Program-made: the position numbers and the translations under genes
NCBI GenBank assembly: GCA_963708075.1
Contig: OY970194.1
Span: 1,056,001 to 1,120,000, forward strand
Direction of reading: 5' to 3'
Source of the DNA: Sedimentisphaerales bacterium
Lineage (GTDB): Bacteria; Planctomycetota; Phycisphaerae; Sedimentisphaerales; Anaerobacaceae
Length of the DNA stretch: 64,000 bases
Notes under the pieces: model-generated
The model's database searches: none
What the model was told of the DNA's origin: nothing
Seen by the model: only the letters and a program-made list of their open reading frames with translations
In this document: positions 21,564-32,529 of the stretch, piece after piece
Position numbering within the stretch: the first letter of the stretch is position 1
How the letters are laid out: every line of letters starts with the position of its first letter

Positions 21564-21676
21564 GGGTGGCATCGTCAAGCGCAGCTTGGCGATGGTCTTG
21601 CTGATGCCGGGAAACCATCGCCAAGGCCTTCGGCCCCATTCGACTTCGCTCAGGGCAGGCTTCTACGCTGCCATCC
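21564..21676. repeat. Variant hairpin core with a nested second repeat
   Basis: GGGTGGCATCG...GCTGCCATCC matches the cores at 18763 and 62331; extra TTCGACTTCGCTCAGGGCAGG near 21639-21659. Confidence 0.7.
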
Positions 21677-21723
21677 GGCACATGTCTGGAATGCGAAGCA
21701 ATGTGGATCGCGATGTCTGTGCT

Positions 21724-23168
21724 CTAGTTGACGCCGGATTCAACGCGCTGCAATTCGAGCGCCGGATCGTCCTGGAGGAAGAGCCCGCCCCCGCGTACGA
21801 TCAGGTTGAAGTCCACAAACAGATTCATCCCGATGATCCCGTCGAGCGTGCCGCCCTCCGGCGAGGGCATGTCCAGGAAAATGACCGGAATGTTCTTGGC
21901 CCGGAACCACTGGCCCAGGGCGGGAATTTCAAGGGCATCGACGTAGTAGCCGGGTGCCATGGTTACATCGCCTGTGACGCCCTCCACCTCGACCTCAAAC
22001 TCCGGGTTTGCCGGGTCCAGTTGCAGCCGGGCGGCGATTCGGGACCCGACCACGGTGATCTGGGCGCCGGTGTCCAGCATGAAGCGGTTCTTGTCCATCG
22101 CGCTCTTCTCGCCTTCATAGATATCGACGCTGTGCACGAAAAAGAGGCTCTGAGCCGAATTGCCCATGATCACCGACGGGCTGGCGGGCGGGGAATCTGA
22201 GGAGAGTCCGCCCCCGTCAAGAATGTCATCAAGGTCAAAATCCCAGTCGCTGCCAAATCCGAGGTCCACAGACGGGAAGTATTGAACGCTCACGCCGCCC
22301 AACGGACGCAACTCCAATGGAATCACGTTCGTGAAACTCGGGGCTTCCGTGTCGTCGGGCTCATACAGCGTGATCTCAGGTGCGGTGAACGTCTCACCAT
22401 CCCGCTGGATGGTCATGGTACGGTCATTGCGGATCAGCGTGATGTAATAGACGCTGAGCGGTGTTCCAATCGCAGTAGGGAGGTCCGGGTGGTCCCCGGG
22501 GTCCTGACCGACCATAACGGCCACATTGCTCTGGCCCATCATGCCGGACCGATCCAGTATCAACGTATCCGGGGCGACGGCGTCGAGCCCGTCGATAAAC
22601 ACAGCCAATGGCTGACTGACAGAGGCCATGACCGATCCGGTCACGCCGGTGATAACCGACTCATTCGACGTAACCAGGCCCTTGTAGACCCCGGCTCGCG
22701 TCGCGTCGGCGTAGCCTATTACGTGGCGCTGGCCCCCGTATCGAAGAGGCCGATAATATAATCCGTTTGTGGTTTCACGCCGGTCGGATAGCTGCCTCTG
22801 ACGGACGTCTCGACCTCCGCTTCCATCTCCAGTTCCGCTTTTCGCTCCTTGGTGATCGAAACGGCAATCCAGGGCACAAAACCATCGACAGGCGGCGCCT
22901 CCACGAGCATCTCATCCGGTGCGGCTGCCACCTTCAGTCTGTCCCGGGTGGCCGATGTGCCGCCGGCCTGCCGCTTGGCGCGGGTGGGCAGGGGCTGGTC
23001 TTGGGGATAGTGAATGCTCTTGATCCGCCTGCCGCCGCCCGCCTGCCAGTCCACGTCGTTGCGCTGCCAGCTCTCCCTCGCCCCCTGAAGGGGCAGCGTC
23101 CATGCAAGCAAGAGGGTGAGAACTGCCGGAATGCCGACTCTGGTCCTTGTGAGCCCTGTCGTCTTCAT
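21724..23168 (-). pseudogene. Secreted two-domain retropepsin-like aspartyl protease, split by a 1-bp frameshift near 22725
   Basis: Signal peptide; FDTGAS in ORF 22719-23168 continues as HVIGYADATR...VTGSV in the frame of ORF 21724-22644, which has LDTGAQ and DGIIGMN. Confidence 0.8.
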
Positions 23169-23312
23169 ATGCCCATCCTTTCCGATCTGCGCTCCATTAT
23201 AACATGCCTGGCCTTACCTCCCGGCAAAAAAACAGGATATCCTGCTCTCCACAGGTTTAGTGCCATTGAAGGCTTTCCACGTAACGATTTTAACGAAAGC
23301 TGTAGTCCGAAC

Positions 23313-23340
23313 TTGACGCGCCCTTACTGGATGCTAATAT
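23313..23340 (+). promoter_or_regulatory. Probable tRNA promoter
   Basis: TTGACG-16 nt-TAATAT with TG extension. Confidence 0.45.
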
Positions 23341-23362
23341 TAGGATCAGATGTTGCAGATGC

Positions 23363-23436
<74 letters not shown>

Positions 23437-23472
23437 GTCAAAGCCGCAATTGCGGGCCTCTGCCAGCGAGGC

Positions 23473-24930
23473 GATGACGTAGGATATTGTTCGCACATTG
23501 TACCGGGACGTAAAAAGAGTCCTTTCTCTGGTCGATGGTTGATAGGTCACAAGGAAACCGTTCAATCAGAGAAAGGACAGGATCATGCAAGACAGTACTT
23601 CGGCACCGGCGGACAAGAACTTGAGTCACGTGATCAAGATTGATGAGGCCAAGATTCAGTGGCATCTCGGGGAGATGGTTCGCTCGACGGTGGAACAGAC
23701 GCTCAATGGGATGCTTGACGCCGAGGCGGATCAGTTGTGCAAGGCCCGCCGCTACGAGCACACGGAGGGCCGGACCGACCAGCGGGCCGGGCATTATAAG
23801 CGCAAGCTCCAAACGAAGGCCGGAGAAGTGGAGCTGAAGATTCCCAAGCTGTGTCAGGTGCCCTTCGACACGGCGATCATCGAGTGGTATCGGCGACGTG
23901 AGTCGTCGATCGAAGAAGCCCTGATGGAGATGTACCTGGCGGGAGTCCCGGTGCGTCGGGTGGAGGACATTACCGAAGCCGTGTGGGGCGTGCGGGTCAG
24001 TGCCGGCACGGTCAGTGAACTGAACCAGAAGATGTATGAGCGGATCGAGGCGTGGCGTAACCGCAAGATCGAGAAGGCATACCCTTACGTCTATCTCGAT
24101 GGGATCAGCCTCAAGCGCACCTGGGGCGGCGAAGTCCGCAACGTGTCGATTCTGGTGGCGGTGGGTGTCGGGGAAGACGGCTATCGGGACATCCTGGGCA
24201 TCGCCGAGGGTTGTAAGGAAGACAAGGCCGGCTGGGGCGGTTTCCTGGCGTACCTCAAAGGCCGGGGTTGACCTGCCCGGAGCTGTTCATTTCAGACAAG
24301 TGCCTCGGGCTGATCGAGTCTTTGGCCGAGTACTATCCCCAGGCTCGCTGGCAACGCTGCATGGTCCACTTCTACCGGGACGTCTTTGCGATGGTGCCCA
24401 AAGGGCAAGTCAAAGTTGTGGCGGCGATGCTCAAGGCGATCCACGCCCAGGAAGATCGGACGGCGGCTCAGGAGAAAGCCAAGGCTGTGGCGGACAAGCT
24501 GGAGGCGATGAAGCTGCGTGCGGCCGTTAAAGAGGTCCGCGAGGGCATCGAAGAGACGCTGACGTATTATGCCTTCCCTGACAAGCATTACCGTCAGATC
24601 CGCACGAATAATCCACTGGAACGGATCATGCGGGAGATCCGCCGGCGAAGCCGGGTCGTCGGCTGCTTCCCCGATGGTCAAAGTGCCCTGATGCTGGCGG
24701 CGGGGAGACTGAGATACATCGCAGGCAGCCGCTGGGGCACACGGCAGTACATGAACATGGAGCGACTGAAAGAACTCAAACAGGAGCAGCAGGAGGTCTC
24801 GGCGGCTGTCGCCTGAGGCTCCGATAACGTGCAGCCCCCTTGGGGGGGGCCAGGAGATAGAGTCTTGACCATGATCCATCGACCGGAGTGACACCTATCA
24901 GAAAATGTGCGAAGAACTCTTTACACTACC
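23473..24930 (+). mobile_element. IS256-family element (degenerate)
   Basis: Imperfect IRs sharing TTCGCACATT; right end ...TTACACTACC; flanking 8-bp repeats AGCGAGGC/TGCGAGGC. Confidence 0.88.
23585..24816 (+). pseudogene. IS256 transposase, frameshifted at GGGG 24264-24267
   Basis: YVYLDG, FISDKCLGL, WQRCMVHF, RTNNPLERI; two ORFs join as KGRG/LTCPEL. Confidence 0.9.
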
Positions 24931-25015
24931 TGCGAGGCTTGTCAGTGGTCGATAGTTAGCCAAGTCAGACCGCACGTATTTCTTCTGTATCCATCGCTGC
25001 CGCAGCCACCCACTA

Positions 25016-26161
25016 AGTAGGTAGCCAAAAGTTTTCACAGGAACGATTCTCTTCGCGTGTATGATGGGGTACATGCGAAGAACGAAGAGCGCCTCAGAAC
25101 GTGGTTTCGATCGATATGATAAACATCGTCTTACGCGGGCCTTACAGGGGGTCGCTGACATTCGCACCTACCGGCGTATCGAAGCGATCCTGTTGGTGGC
25201 CCAGGGTCGGACGGTTCCGGAAGCAGCGCAGATCACCGGGACCCGGCCGTGGAGCGTCTATCGCTGGGTGCGGGCCTATCTGCACACCCATTGTCCAGAC
25301 CGCCTGCAGGACGCACCGCGTTCCGGACGGCCTCCGGTCGCCACGCCGATCACGGACGCCCGTCTGGTACGCGAGTTCCGCCGGGACCCGATGCGTTTGG
25401 GCTATCGCGCCACGGGTTGGACGGTGTCCTTGCTGGCAGATCACCTCCAGCAAAGGTACGGGTGTGCAATCTCGCCTCGTACCCTGCGGCGGCGGATGCG
25501 GGACTTGGATCTGCGGTGGAAACGTCCCCGGTATGTCTATGCGACCAAGGACCCGAACCGAGCCCAGAAAAAGGGGGCCTGGTTCGCCGCCTGAAACGGA
25601 TGCCGGCGCTGGCGGTGCTGTTGTTTTCGGATGCGACCATCCTCCGCTGGTTTCCGCCCTTGCGCTATGTGTGGGCGTTTCGCGGCGAACAGGCGCAGGT
25701 CAAGATCACGGGCCAAAACGACAAACGGGTTCTGTTCGGCACGATCAATCCACGAACCGGACACCGGGTGGTCCTGCGTCGGCCCCGCCAGCGGCAAGAG
25801 GACTTTCAAGCCTTCCTGCGGGAGTTGCGGCGACGGTATCCCGGACGCCCGATTTGGCTGTTGCTGGACAAGGCCTCTTTTCATCAGGCGATCAAAAGCC
25901 AACGACTGGCCACCCACTTGGAGGTGACCCTCTTGTGGTTGCCGAAGCAGTGCCCGGAACTGAACTCTCAGGATCATCTCTGGAAGGAGTTGAAACGGTT
26001 GATTGCGGCCAATCGCCAGTTCCAAACGATTGATGATGAGGCGGCCTACGCGGAACAGTGGCTCTTGGGACTAACTGCGACCCAGGGCCTCCGCAAAGCC
26101 GGTGTCTTGTCGGCGGATTTCTGGCTCAAGGCTTTTGTGTGAAGACTTTTGGCTACCTACT
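25016..26161 (+). mobile_element. IS630-family element
   Basis: IRs AGTAGGTAGCCAAAAGTTTTCACA / TGTGAAGACTTTTGGCTACCTACT; TA on both sides. Confidence 0.93.
25061..26142 (+). CDS. IS630 transposase (HTH OrfA + DDE OrfB, probable programmed frameshift at AAAAAGGGGG 25568-25577)
   Basis: PRSGRP, WTVSLL, WKRPRY in OrfA; FSDAT, LLDKASFH, PELN...LWKELK in OrfB. Confidence 0.85.
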
Positions 26162-26163
26162 TA

Positions 26164-27399
26164 GTGGTTCATGACAGTTGCCTTTAGGATGAACCTTCAG
26201 GAGTCTATGCGTGTATACTCTCCGTTAGAGGAAGGACAGCTTTGACGGAGAACACTATTGCAGAAGAAGTACATCGTTCGGCTCAGCGCCGAAGAACGTA
26301 CAGGAGTGGACGCGATGGTCACCAAAGGCAAGGCCGCAGCCTACAAGATCAAGCATGCCCATATCTTGCTGGCGGCTGATGTGAACGGACCGGCGTGGCC
26401 GGACCGACCGATTCCCGAGGCGTTTTCCTGCCACGTGCGTAGCGTAGAGAACGTACGGCGACGGCTGATGCTGGAGGGTTTGGCGGCTGCCCTACAACGC
26501 AAGAAGCAGGCCCAGCCCTCGCACCCGGCGAAACTCGACGGCCAGGGAGAGGCCCGGCTGATTGCCTTGGCGTGTAGCTCCCCGCCCGAAGGGCGAGACC
26601 ACTGGACCCTCAAGCTGCTGGCCGAACGTCTGGTTGCCCTGGAGGTGGTCGATTCGATCAGTGACCAGATGGTGCGACGCACGCTAAAAAAGAACCAACT
26701 GCGGCCGGACCTCCAGGAGTGCTGGGTAATTGCGCCCGAGGCCGATGCGGAGTTCGTCGCGTGCATGGAGGATGTTTTGGATCTGTACGAACGCCCGTAT
26801 GATCCGAAACACCCGGTGGTCGAGATGGATGAACAACCCGTGCAACTGGTGAAGGAAACTCGCCGGCCCCTGGCGGCGGAGCCGGGGCACCCGCGACGGT
26901 AGGATCACGAGTATGAGCGGGCGGGCACGGCCTGTGTGTTTCTATTTACCGAAGCTTTGCAGGGCTGGCGACAGGTCAGCGTTCGTGTCCGGCGTACGGC
27001 GGTGGACTGGGCGCAGGAAGTGGCCGCGTTGCTGGAGGGCCGTTATGTCCAAGCCGAGAAAGTGATCTTGATTTGTGACAATCTCAACACCCATACGGTC
27101 GCTTCGCTGTACAAGGCTTTCCCTGCGGATAAGGCACGTCGCTTGGCCCAGCGACTGGAAATCCACTACACGCCCAAGCATGGCAGTTGGCTCAACATCG
27201 CCGAATGCGAATTGAGCGTCCTGACACGCCAATGCCTTCGGACCCGTACCCCGAGCCTTACGGCTCTGGTCCGCAAGGTGACTCCGTGGGCTCGGGACCG
27301 CAACGCTCGTCAACGCGGGGTAGACTGGCAATTCACGACGAAGGACGCCCGCATCAAGCTCGGACGCCTTTACCCACAGGTGCAAATGTCATGAACCAA
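26164..27399 (+). mobile_element. Second IS630-family element
   Basis: IRs GTGGTTCATGACA / TGTCATGAACCAA flanked by TA. Confidence 0.88.
26258..27394 (+). pseudogene. IS630 transposase with internal TAG at 26900-26902
   Basis: PPEGRDHWTL, MDEQP, RR*DHEYER, CDNLNTH, TPKHGSWLNIAECE in one frame. Confidence 0.88.
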
Positions 27400-27415
27400 T
27401 AGGTCTATAGAAAGA

Positions 27416-27445
27416 AGCTGGCCCGACACAAGAGGTCGGGCCAGC
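27416..27445 (-). terminator. Intrinsic terminator of the PPC-repeat gene
   Basis: GCTGGCCCGAC/GTCGGGCCAGC stem followed by TTCTTTCT on the minus strand. Confidence 0.65.
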
Positions 27446-27524
27446 GAGAGACTCACACATCCTGTCCGGATTCGCCCCTGTCGTGACCACCGTGTTGGAA
27501 GCCACGAACAAGGCTGCCGGCTGT

Positions 27525-30500
27525 CTACGGCTTGCCGTAGGTGCCTTGACGGATCTTGTCGATCTCCGCCGAGGTCAGGATATCGTTGAAGACCACGAAT
27601 TCGTCCAGCATGCCGTCGAGATTGTAGTTATAGGTGGAGCGGCCTGCCGACTGACCGATGCGGACCTCGCCGGCGTCGAAGGTGACATTGTGCGTCGCTG
27701 TGCCGGTCAGGTCGGTTCCGAGGATCGCGTTGGCGGTCGCATCCCAGATCCGAATCCGATAGGCCTTGCTGGCGCTGTTGAAGGTAATGCCGACGTGGTA
27801 CCAGCGGCCTCGCTGCAAGGTGGACTCGTGGATGAACTGCTCCGGGTTGGCTCCGTTGCTGTAGCCGATAAACGTCTGGAGCTTATCCAAATTGGTCTTC
27901 GAGATCCCAAAGCCGTACTTGTTGCTCAGGTTCTTGGAGAAGATGTACGGGTACAGGTTCATCTCATCGAATTTCAGCCAGAAGCAGACGGAGATCTTGT
28001 TATTGGTGGTCCCGTTCTTGAACGGGAACCCGCTGCTGAGGTTGGCGTCGATGATCGAGAAGTACTCGCCGTCCGCCCGGTCGAAGCTGGCCGCGGCTGC
28101 GCCCTGCTTGTAGTCGACCGTGTTCACATCCACGGAATTGACATCCTTCAATTTGTTGGTCTTGATGCTGTCCAGAGTGAGCTTGCCTGCCTCGAATCGC
28201 CAGAGGGCGGCGCAGTTGGGATCGACAGCGAAATTGTTGCCGATGACCGTGACGCCGTAAGTGGCGGTGAGGGTGACGCCGGAGTAGGCCTGGTAGCCGC
28301 GGAGCATGATGTACCAGGTAGCCGCGGCCGGAGTGGCGATCTCCACCTTCTCGTCATTGCCGATCAGGTACGGACGATAGTCCCAACTGCCGCTCGTCGG
28401 CTTCTCACCTTTCTTCACGTACAGGTCTACATCGCCGGTGCCGCCGGGGCCTCCGGCGATTTCAATGTTCAGGAAATCCTGTCCGCCGGGCACATCGATC
28501 CTGTAGAACTTCTCACTGCCGGTTGCCCCGCTGAGTCCGGGCACGGGTACGCCGTTTGTCAGAGGCGTCACCGTTTCGGGCACGGGGTAGTACGCGGCGT
28601 TGAGTGTCACTCCAGTGAAGGCGGCATAGCCCCGCAGCATGATATACCAGGTGGCTGCCTCCGGATTATCGATCGACACCATCTCGTTATTGCCGATCAG
28701 GTACGGGCGGTAATCCCATTCGGTCGTGCTCGGCTTGGCGCCCTTCCTGACATAGAGGTCTGCATCGCCAGTACCGCCGCTCATGAGGATGTCCAGCTTC
28801 GCCTGCCCTGAAGGCACGTCGATCTTGAAGAACTTCATGCCTTCGGCCGCCCCGGAGATACCGGTGACTGCCACACCGTTGAGCAGGATGGTTACTTCGT
28901 CCGGCTCAGGCGTGCCGCCGCCGAAGGTGGCGAGGAGCGTGAGCCCGGCATAGGCCCGGTAGCCTCGGATCATCACGAACCAGTCGCCGCCGGTGGGATT
29001 GTTCACGGTAACTGTTTCCTCGCTGCCAATGAGGTACGGACGATAATCATACTCCAGCGAGGTCGGCGGTGAGCCGCGTTTGACGTAGAGGTCGGCATCG
29101 CCGGTGCCGCCGGAGATCACGAACTCGAGCTTGGCCTGGCCGCTGGGCACGATCAAACGATAGATGCGTTCGCTGCCTTCGGTGCCGGAGATATTCGTCA
29201 CGGGCACGCCGTTGCTCAGGAGGGTCACGGTGCCGGTGAAGGAATACTGTGCTTTGAGCGTCACGCCGTTATAGGCCTGCTGGGCCTTGAGCATGACGTA
29301 CCAGGTGCCTCCGGCCGGACTGTTGATGCTGATGCTCTCGGTGTTGCCCGGCTGGATGAGCCGATGATCCCAGGAAGCGGTGGTCGGCTGGGCGCCTCGT
29401 TTGATGTAGACATCGACATTGCCTGTCCCGCTGCTCGTGGTGAACTGCAGGGTGTCCTGCCCGCTGGGCACCTCGATCTTGTAGTATTTCTCGTTGCCGA
29501 GCGGGGCAGACAGGCCGTTTACGGCCACGCCGTTCTGGAGCGTGTACACATCGCCATATGTGGCCTTAAGGCTCGCCCCCGAGTAATCGCTATAGCCTCG
29601 CAGCATGATGTACCAGGTGCCGGCGGTGGGGGTGTTGACGGTGACGCTCTCATCAGTACCGGCGAGGAAGGGCCGATAGTCGTAGTCAGTTGTCGTCGGA
29701 CGTGCGCCGAACTTGACGTACAGATCCGCATCGCCCGTACCGCCCCACGCGGCGATCTCCAGATTCGTCTGGCCGGCGGGCACCTGGATGCGGAAAACCC
29801 TCTCGCTGTTCTGCGTGCCGGAGATGGGGGTGACGGGCACGCCGTTCTGCAATTCTTCACCGATGCCGCCGCTGTAGCTGGCCACCAGAGTCAGACCGCT
29901 GTAGGCGGCGTAGCCCTTGACCATGATGTACCATGAGCCTGCGGTCGGATTGTTGACCGTCACGGCTTCTTCGCTGCCAATCAGGTAGGGCCGGTAGTCG
30001 TAGGAGGTCATCGTGGGCAGGGCATCCTTCTTGACGTACAGGTCTGCGTCACCCGTGCCGCCCGACATGCTGATTTCCAGCTTCAACTGGCCCGCCGGCA
30101 CGTCGATCTTGAAGAACTTCTCGCTGGCGGCAGCGCCGGAAAGGCCCGTCACCGGCACGCCATTGGCAAGGGTCACGATGGTGACCGCTGCGGAATAGGT
30201 CGCTTTGACAGTGACGCCGGCGTAATCGGCATAGCCACGCAGCATGACGTACCACGTGCCCGCCGTAGGATTTGCGACGGAAACAGTTTCTTCGTTGCCG
30301 ACCTTGTAGGGCCTATAATCGTAGCTGGTGATCGTGGGCAGCGCGCCTCTTCGCACGTATAGGTCCACGTCGCCGGTGCCGCCGGTGGTGAGGATCTCCA
30401 GTGCATCCTGTCCAGCGGGCACGTCGATCCTGTAGAACTTTTCACTGCCGGAGGTCCCGGACTGCCCCGCCAGGGGCACGCCGTTAGTCAGCGGGGTTTC

Positions 30501-30587
30501 GGCCGCGTAGGACACGGAGGCCAGGATGCACGTCACGGCCAACAGCACTACGGCTTTTCTCGGACGATTCGTATTTCGACCAGTCAT
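27525..30587 (-). CDS. Secreted protein with seven tandem PPC (pre-peptidase C-terminal) domains and a C-terminal LamG-like domain
   Basis: Signal peptide; seven units of L.NGV.V...GGTGDADLYV...YDYRPY...GTWY.ML.GY; C-terminal WYHVGITF...LDGMLDEF. Confidence 0.9.
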   Translation of the reverse strand: MTGRNTNRPRKAVVLLAVTCILASVSYAAETPLTNGVPLAGQSGTSGSEKFYRIDVPAGQDALEILTTGGTGDVDLYVRRGALPTITSYDYRPYKVGNEETVSVANPTAGTWYVMLRGYADYAGVTVKATYSAAVTIVTLANGVPVTGLSGAAASEKFFKIDVPAGQLKLEISMSGGTGDADLYVKKDALPTMTSYDYRPYLIGSEEAVTVNNPTAGSWYIMVKGYAAYSGLTLVASYSGGIGEELQNGVPVTPISGTQNSERVFRIQVPAGQTNLEIAAWGGTGDADLYVKFGARPTTTDYDYRPFLAGTDESVTVNTPTAGTWYIMLRGYSDYSGASLKATYGDVYTLQNGVAVNGLSAPLGNEKYYKIEVPSGQDTLQFTTSSGTGNVDVYIKRGAQPTTASWDHRLIQPGNTESISINSPAGGTWYVMLKAQQAYNGVTLKAQYSFTGTVTLLSNGVPVTNISGTEGSERIYRLIVPSGQAKLEFVISGGTGDADLYVKRGSPPTSLEYDYRPYLIGSEETVTVNNPTGGDWFVMIRGYRAYAGLTLLATFGGGTPEPDEVTILLNGVAVTGISGAAEGMKFFKIDVPSGQAKLDILMSGGTGDADLYVRKGAKPSTTEWDYRPYLIGNNEMVSIDNPEAATWYIMLRGYAAFTGVTLNAAYYPVPETVTPLTNGVPVPGLSGATGSEKFYRIDVPGGQDFLNIEIAGGPGGTGDVDLYVKKGEKPTSGSWDYRPYLIGNDEKVEIATPAAATWYIMLRGYQAYSGVTLTATYGVTVIGNNFAVDPNCAALWRFEAGKLTLDSIKTNKLKDVNSVDVNTVDYKQGAAAASFDRADGEYFSIIDANLSSGFPFKNGTTNNKISVCFWLKFDEMNLYPYIFSKNLSNKYGFGISKTNLDKLQTFIGYSNGANPEQFIHESTLQRGRWYHVGITFNSASKAYRIRIWDATANAILGTDLTGTATHNVTFDAGEVRIGQSAGRSTYNYNLDGMLDEFVVFNDILTSAEIDKIRQGTYGKP

Positions 30588-30958
30588 TGTCTACTCCTCT
30601 CTTGCCTGTACGGATTAACGCCTTCTATTCCGATTGTCGGATCGACAGTCATCAAAATAAGTGCCACAAGTACTCCGTTTCGTATCGACTCTTCTGTGAA
30701 ATTCCTGCTTCTCGACGTAATGTCGGCCAATTTGGACCTCGTGTTTAGGCGAAGAACTCAACCACATTGTCTTCACCGCGAGGGAACAGAGAGTCCGAAG
30801 GCGCGGATAGTCGATATTGCTGATTGGCTGGATGGTTCTCAAACAACCCCTCGCAGAATCTGGATGACCTCACGGTCACCGGTGGCAGCTACAGACCCTC
30901 AGCCCGGAGCATGCTCCCATATCCGATAATTCCACGCTGGTTGTTTGGCGGCATATGT

Positions 30959-30987
30959 ATCCTAACACAACGTCCCGGGGCAGTCAA
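30959..30987 (-). promoter_or_regulatory. Sigma70-type promoter for the PPC-repeat gene
   Basis: TTGACT-17 nt-TAGGAT on the minus strand. Confidence 0.55.
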
Positions 30988-31218
30988 GACCTCTGTGCGA
31001 TTTTATTGGGCGAAACGGTCCTCCGTCGCGCCGGCGGCTTGATCTCGTTGTCCCTAACGCCTTATAAAATCGCCATTTACGGGCATAAGGGCCGTCTGCC
31101 AAGATTTTTGAAAAATGGTCGGTGACAGCATAGAAGATGATCTTTTTCCGGGATTGTGTCGATGAGTCTGCGGGCATGAGCATAAAGCAGAGCGTGCCGA
31201 AGGTTCCGTCAAGGCGGG

Positions 31219-31247
31219 TTGACGGGCCGATCGACAACGCGTAGAAT
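31219..31247 (+). promoter_or_regulatory. Sigma70-type promoter for the rml operon
   Basis: TTGACG-17 nt-TAGAAT. Confidence 0.65.
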
Positions 31248-31273
31248 CTATTCGCTTTTGTGGAGAAACGGCA

Positions 31274-32005
31274 ATGACTGTAAGCTTGCGGGGTGTTGTG
31301 CTTGCCGGGGGCACCGGGTCGCGCCTTCGTCCCCTGACGAAGGTGACGAACAAGCATCTGCTGCCGGTCGGGTGCAAGCCGATGATCTATTACCCAATCG
31401 AGAAGCTGACGGCGGTCGGCATGGAGGAGATTCTGATTGTCACCGGTGTCGAGCACATGGGTGATGTCGTGGGTCTCCTGGGCTCAGGCCGGGAGTTTGG
31501 CTGCCGGTTCACCTACAAAGTGCAGGATGAGGCGGGGGGGATCGCCCAGGCGCTCGGCCTGGCGGAGAACTTTGCCAATGGCGGGGCCATCGCGGTGATT
31601 CTGGGCGACAACATCTTTCAGACCAGCCTGAAAGGATATGCCCGACGGTTCCTGGACCAGGGCACTGGGGCGCGGATGCTGCTCAAACAGGTGTCCGATC
31701 CTTCGCGATTCGGCGTGGCCGAGATTCGAGACGGCAAGGTCCTCGGCATCGAGGAAAAGCCCAAAGCCCCGAAGTCGGATTACGCGGTCACAGGCATCTA
31801 CTTCTTCGATGGCTCCGTTTTCGATGTCATCCGGACGTTGAAACCCTCCGGCCGGGGCGAGCTTGAAATCACCGATGTGAACAACTACTATGTCCACAAG
31901 GGACAGATGGGCTGTGACGTTCTGGAGGGCTGGTGGACGGATGCCGGAACGTTCGAATCCCTCATACGGGCCAATGAGCTGGTCGTTAAGGAACCCCCGG
32001 AATGA
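31274..32005 (+). CDS. rmlA: Glucose-1-phosphate thymidylyltransferase (short RmlA/SpsI type)
   Basis: LAGGTGSRLRPLT, KHLLPV, LGDN, EEKP, RGELEITD, WTDAGT. Confidence 0.9.
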   Translation: MTVSLRGVVLAGGTGSRLRPLTKVTNKHLLPVGCKPMIYYPIEKLTAVGMEEILIVTGVEHMGDVVGLLGSGREFGCRFTYKVQDEAGGIAQALGLAENFANGGAIAVILGDNIFQTSLKGYARRFLDQGTGARMLLKQVSDPSRFGVAEIRDGKVLGIEEKPKAPKSDYAVTGIYFFDGSVFDVIRTLKPSGRGELEITDVNNYYVHKGQMGCDVLEGWWTDAGTFESLIRANELVVKEPPE

Positions 32006-32529
32006 AGAAGCAGATCCTGCCATTGAAGGCGGTCCTCGTGGATGAAGGGCTGATCGTTCGCAGCTCCGGCGGACTCATCGCCGGCTTTGGCGTGCGACGG
32101 GCCAAGGTGATTCCGGATGAGCGGGGCAGGCTCGGCGAGATCCTGCGGGCCGACGATCCGTGGTTTGAGAAATTCGGGCAGGTGTACTTTACGACGACTT
32201 ATCCGGGCATCGTCAAGGCATGGCACTACCATCGCAAGCAGACGGATCACTTCTACGTTATCCGCGGCACGGTCAAGGTCGGCCTGTACGATGCGCGCGA
32301 GGATTCGCCGTCGCGAGGCGCTGTCCACGAGATCTACCTGGGCGAGCACTGCCCCGGCCTGGTGCGCATCCCACCGGGCGTGCAGCATGGGTGGATGTGC
32401 GTCAGTGACGTGGAGGCGTACATCGTGAATATCGTCTCCGAGTCCTACGACTACAAGAACCCCGATGAATTCCGGACGCATCCGCACGATAATGACATCC
32501 CTTATGACTGGATGCGGCGGGATGGGTAA
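32002..32529 (+). CDS. rmlC: dTDP-4-dehydrorhamnose 3,5-epimerase
   Basis: DERG, KAWHYH, IPPGVQHG cupin motifs; operon context. Confidence 0.88.
   Translation: MKKQILPLKAVLVDEGLIVRSSGGLIAGFGVRRAKVIPDERGRLGEILRADDPWFEKFGQVYFTTTYPGIVKAWHYHRKQTDHFYVIRGTVKVGLYDAREDSPSRGAVHEIYLGEHCPGLVRIPPGVQHGWMCVSDVEAYIVNIVSESYDYKNPDEFRTHPHDNDIPYDWMRRDG

Noticed and set aside
26900..26902. Recoded TAG (pyrrolysine/readthrough)
   Set aside because: It lies in an IS630 transposase with other signs of decay, and no pyl genes are present; a nonsense mutation is simpler
30860..30925. TPP or cyclic-dinucleotide riboswitch
   Set aside because: Only a GGCTGAG fragment resembles TPP; the other conserved blocks are missing
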